NCBI GenBank assembly: GCA_013335175.1
Contig: JAAXWC010000004.1
Coordinates: 40,999-104,998 of the forward strand
DNA: 64,000 bases
Direction: 5' to 3'
Source: Candidatus Roizmanbacteria bacterium
GTDB lineage: Bacteria; Patescibacteriota; Microgenomatia; UBA1406; GWC2-37-13
Below, one piece after another: positions 61,793 to 64,000 of this stretch; position 1 is the stretch's first letter; every line of letters begins with the position of its first letter. Under the pieces are notes generated by a model, which saw only the letters and a program-made list of their open reading frames with translations, ran no database searches and had not been told where the DNA came from. The position numbers and the translations under genes are program-made.

Positions 61793-63008
61793 TCAGAATA
61801 AACCGCTGATTATGCACATCGATCTCAATTCGTGTTTTGCTACTGTGGCTCAACAGGCCAATCCCCTTCTTCGCAACAAACCTCTGGTGGTGGCTGCCTA
61901 TGCGACACCGAATGGCTGTGTCCTTTCCCCTTCTATCGAAGCAAAACGCTACGGAATAAAAACAGGTATGACGGTACGTGATGCTCATGCTTTGTATTCT
62001 GGCGTTCTTGTTCGTACTCCCGATCCTCCCATGGTTCGTGATGTACATGCAAAGTTCAGAAAAATTTTTAATGATTACTCTCCCCATGTGACCCCGAAAT
62101 CAATTGATGAGGCAATTATAAATTTTGAACATACGCTCTATGAGCAGAAAGATTTAACGGAAGTAGCAAAAGAAATAAAGCTCCGTATGCGGCGGGAAAT
62201 TGGAGAATGGATTTCGTGTAGCATTGGCATTGGTACGAATCGTTTTTTAGCAAAAACAGGAGCTTCTCTTCATAAACCCGACGGACTCGACATTATTAGC
62301 CATAGGAATCTTCGAAATATCTATGCAAATCTTACTCTTCTTGATCTCTGTGGGATAAATCAAAAATATCAGGCCCGTCTTAATATGTACGGCATCTTTA
62401 CCCCGCTTCAATTTTTTGATGCATCCGCAGAATTTCTCAAAAAACAGGTATTTGAAAGTGTGGTTGGCTATTATTGGTTTTTACGTCTCCATGGTTGGGA
62501 ACCAGATGCACAGGAGTTCCAACGCAAAAGCTATGGGCAGGAGTACTCTTTGCAAAAACCGACCTCAAATCTGGAAGAACTGTGCCCAATTTTGATGAAA
62601 CTGTGTGAAAAAATGGGAAGAAGATTACGAGCTTCAGGGCATGCCGCGTTCGGTATTCATGTTGCCTGTTTATATCATGATTATACCCACTGGCATCGAG
62701 GACGAAAGTTGCAGGACGAACTGTATGCCACGGTCGATTTATATAAAAAAGCATTGTTCATTTTTAACCAACAGCCTGAACGAAAAATTATTTCTAAACT
62801 AGCAGTAAGTTGCTACGATTTAGTTCCAAGTGCTTCCTCTCAAATGAATTTATTTGATACTGAAGTGCAAAAACGAAAACTTGTCTCCGACGCCATGGAT
62901 AAAATCAATGATCGATATGGAGAGTTTGTCATCACTCCTGCCCGCATGATGGGAATGGATGATTTGGTCCTCGATCGCATCGCATTTGGTGGCGGAAATG
63001 AAATGTGA
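61776..63008 (+). CDS. dinB: DNA polymerase IV (Y-family)
   Basis: MHIDLNSCFATVAQ (catalytic Asp motif), SIDEA motif, C-terminal little-finger region. Confidence 0.9.
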   Translation: MEMQINQNKPLIMHIDLNSCFATVAQQANPLLRNKPLVVAAYATPNGCVLSPSIEAKRYGIKTGMTVRDAHALYSGVLVRTPDPPMVRDVHAKFRKIFNDYSPHVTPKSIDEAIINFEHTLYEQKDLTEVAKEIKLRMRREIGEWISCSIGIGTNRFLAKTGASLHKPDGLDIISHRNLRNIYANLTLLDLCGINQKYQARLNMYGIFTPLQFFDASAEFLKKQVFESVVGYYWFLRLHGWEPDAQEFQRKSYGQEYSLQKPTSNLEELCPILMKLCEKMGRRLRASGHAAFGIHVACLYHDYTHWHRGRKLQDELYATVDLYKKALFIFNQQPERKIISKLAVSCYDLVPSASSQMNLFDTEVQKRKLVSDAMDKINDRYGEFVITPARMMGMDDLVLDRIAFGGGNEM

Positions 63009-63102
63009 TTCTTACTCAAGATTAATACTTCACGTCATTATTTGTCATACCAAAGAACTATTCTATTGAGTTCGTAGATCAAGAAAGAAAGGAGAAAATT
63101 GT

Positions 63103-63294
63103 ATGAAAGATGCTGTTCTCAGCTTGGTTCAAGTATTACAAGGAATAATAATTATTATTATCTGGATCAAACGTTCAAATCCCTATTCACAAAGAGAGAT
63201 TGTAGCAAACTCTTTTAACAATAGAGTGTTATTTTGGACCATCATATCAGCACAACTATTTGTAATGATAATGCATGCTTTTTTACAAGAATAA
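63103..63294 (+). CDS. small membrane protein (doubtful)
   Basis: 63-aa ORF with RBS-like GGAGAA upstream and two hydrophobic stretches. Confidence 0.3.
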   Translation: MKDAVLSLVQVLQGIIIIIIWIKRSNPYSQREIVANSFNNRVLFWTIISAQLFVMIMHAFLQE

Positions 63295-63600
63295 TTCTTG
63301 ATCTATTGTGGGAAAGATAGCACTCCAATCAATACTACCTGGTCTATCCGCTTACCAGCTTTTGTGTTTTTGAACACGCTATCTTTCCCCTTCTTCTTCC
63401 CCTTACGCTATAATCTCTTTAGGTCCTGCTTGCTACCTCCGATCTTCTCAACTCTTATCTCAGTTCGCAGTTAAAGATTTCGTAGTTGGAGAAGCCCTCA
63501 TCGAAATAAATTACCGAACATCTTTTTTCACTGCTATTTCAAAGTAAAATCTTACCAATTTGACACATGATTCTTCAATCAGATCATTAATATTGGTTTC

Positions 63601-64000
63601 ATGAAAGAACAACTCCCTCATTCTCAACCACTTGTTCAACGTATTTGCCAAATCCTAGAATCGAAAATAGAATCTGAACCTCTCAGCTTTCCTCCCCATG
63701 CAAATGATATTCCTCCCATAAAAACAACTGTTTTAGACCAGGTATATACATTATTAGAAAAACCACGACCGGTAAAACTACCTCACGAAGCACGGATCTA
63801 CACCTATTCAGATAACAGTTCTCGTTTCGAATTATTATTGGAACAATTGTATGAACCGAAAAAAAAGGCAAAACCTCCACAAAAAAATGTACCTAAAAAA
63901 CCATATGAGCCGCCAATTAAACAAAAAATACCCGATACCTCGCCTCGGTATCCTATTTCGTATCCCATGCCTATGGATCGAGAGACCTATTTAAAAAATT
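63601..64000 (+). CDS. hypothetical Pro/Lys-rich protein, 3'-partial at the window end
   Basis: I translated this frame by hand. It is open from ATG 63601 (in-frame TGA at 63568) to the end of the window, so it is absent from the ORF track. Confidence 0.4.
   Translation, partial: MKEQLPHSQPLVQRICQILESKIESEPLSFPPHANDIPPIKTTVLDQVYTLLEKPRPVKLPHEARIYTYSDNSSRFELLLEQLYEPKKKAKPPQKNVPKKPYEPPIKQKIPDTSPRYPISYPMPMDRETYLKN

Noticed and set aside
1-64000. Alternative genetic code (UGA recoding, as in some CPR lineages).
   Set aside because: Conserved genes reach full family length under the standard code. Some end at TGA at the expected position, for example 17845..18429 and the ATGA junction at 31875..31878.

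Overview
A 64-kb chromosomal segment from an AT-rich bacterium with small, tightly packed genes. Gene content (several GT-C/GT39-like glycosyltransferases, a sortase-type surface protein, many small membrane proteins) suggests a Patescibacteria/CPR-like organism, but that is inference only. The standard code applies: conserved genes end at TGA, TAA or TAG at the expected lengths.

Housekeeping content:
- A complete de novo pyrimidine operon on the minus strand (pyrB-carA-carB-pyrC-pyrD-eamA-like-pyrE-pyrF, 19.6-29.2 kb).
- dnaB, folC, dinB, lgt, a YebC-family gene, a TrmH-family gene, tRNA-Leu(CAA) and tRNA-Thr(GGT).
- Two envelope-glycosylation loci: 11.7-17.8 kb, and 42.7-55.2 kb split in two.

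Accessory content:
- A 4.4-kb toxin-antitoxin and repeat island (44.7-49.1 kb) holding an orphan CopG-type antitoxin, VapBC, HEPN-MNT, and a truncated BrnT-like toxin with a CopG-type antitoxin.
- An AbiE-like pair followed by a VirD4/HerA-like ATPase (55.1-58.1 kb).

The most unusual signal is a mosaic family of short palindromic hairpin repeats and ~110-nt composite elements. They occupy at least 20 intergenic sites. Four clusters of them also lie in-frame inside a single uninterrupted 1227-codon membrane-protein gene, much like the Rickettsia palindromic elements (RPEs) found inside coding genes.

Other notable structures:
- A 157-bp tandem array that repeats the upstream region plus the first 17 nt of tRNA-Leu, each time fused to a long hairpin.
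- A perfect 45-bp inverted repeat and ~155-bp direct repeats that organise the TA island.
- Leaderless-type promoters on all five TA modules.
- A paralogous Cys-containing extracellular domain present three times.
- A 1.1-kb ORF-poor region containing iteron-like repeats.

No CRISPR array, cas gene, integrase, transposase or reverse transcriptase was seen.
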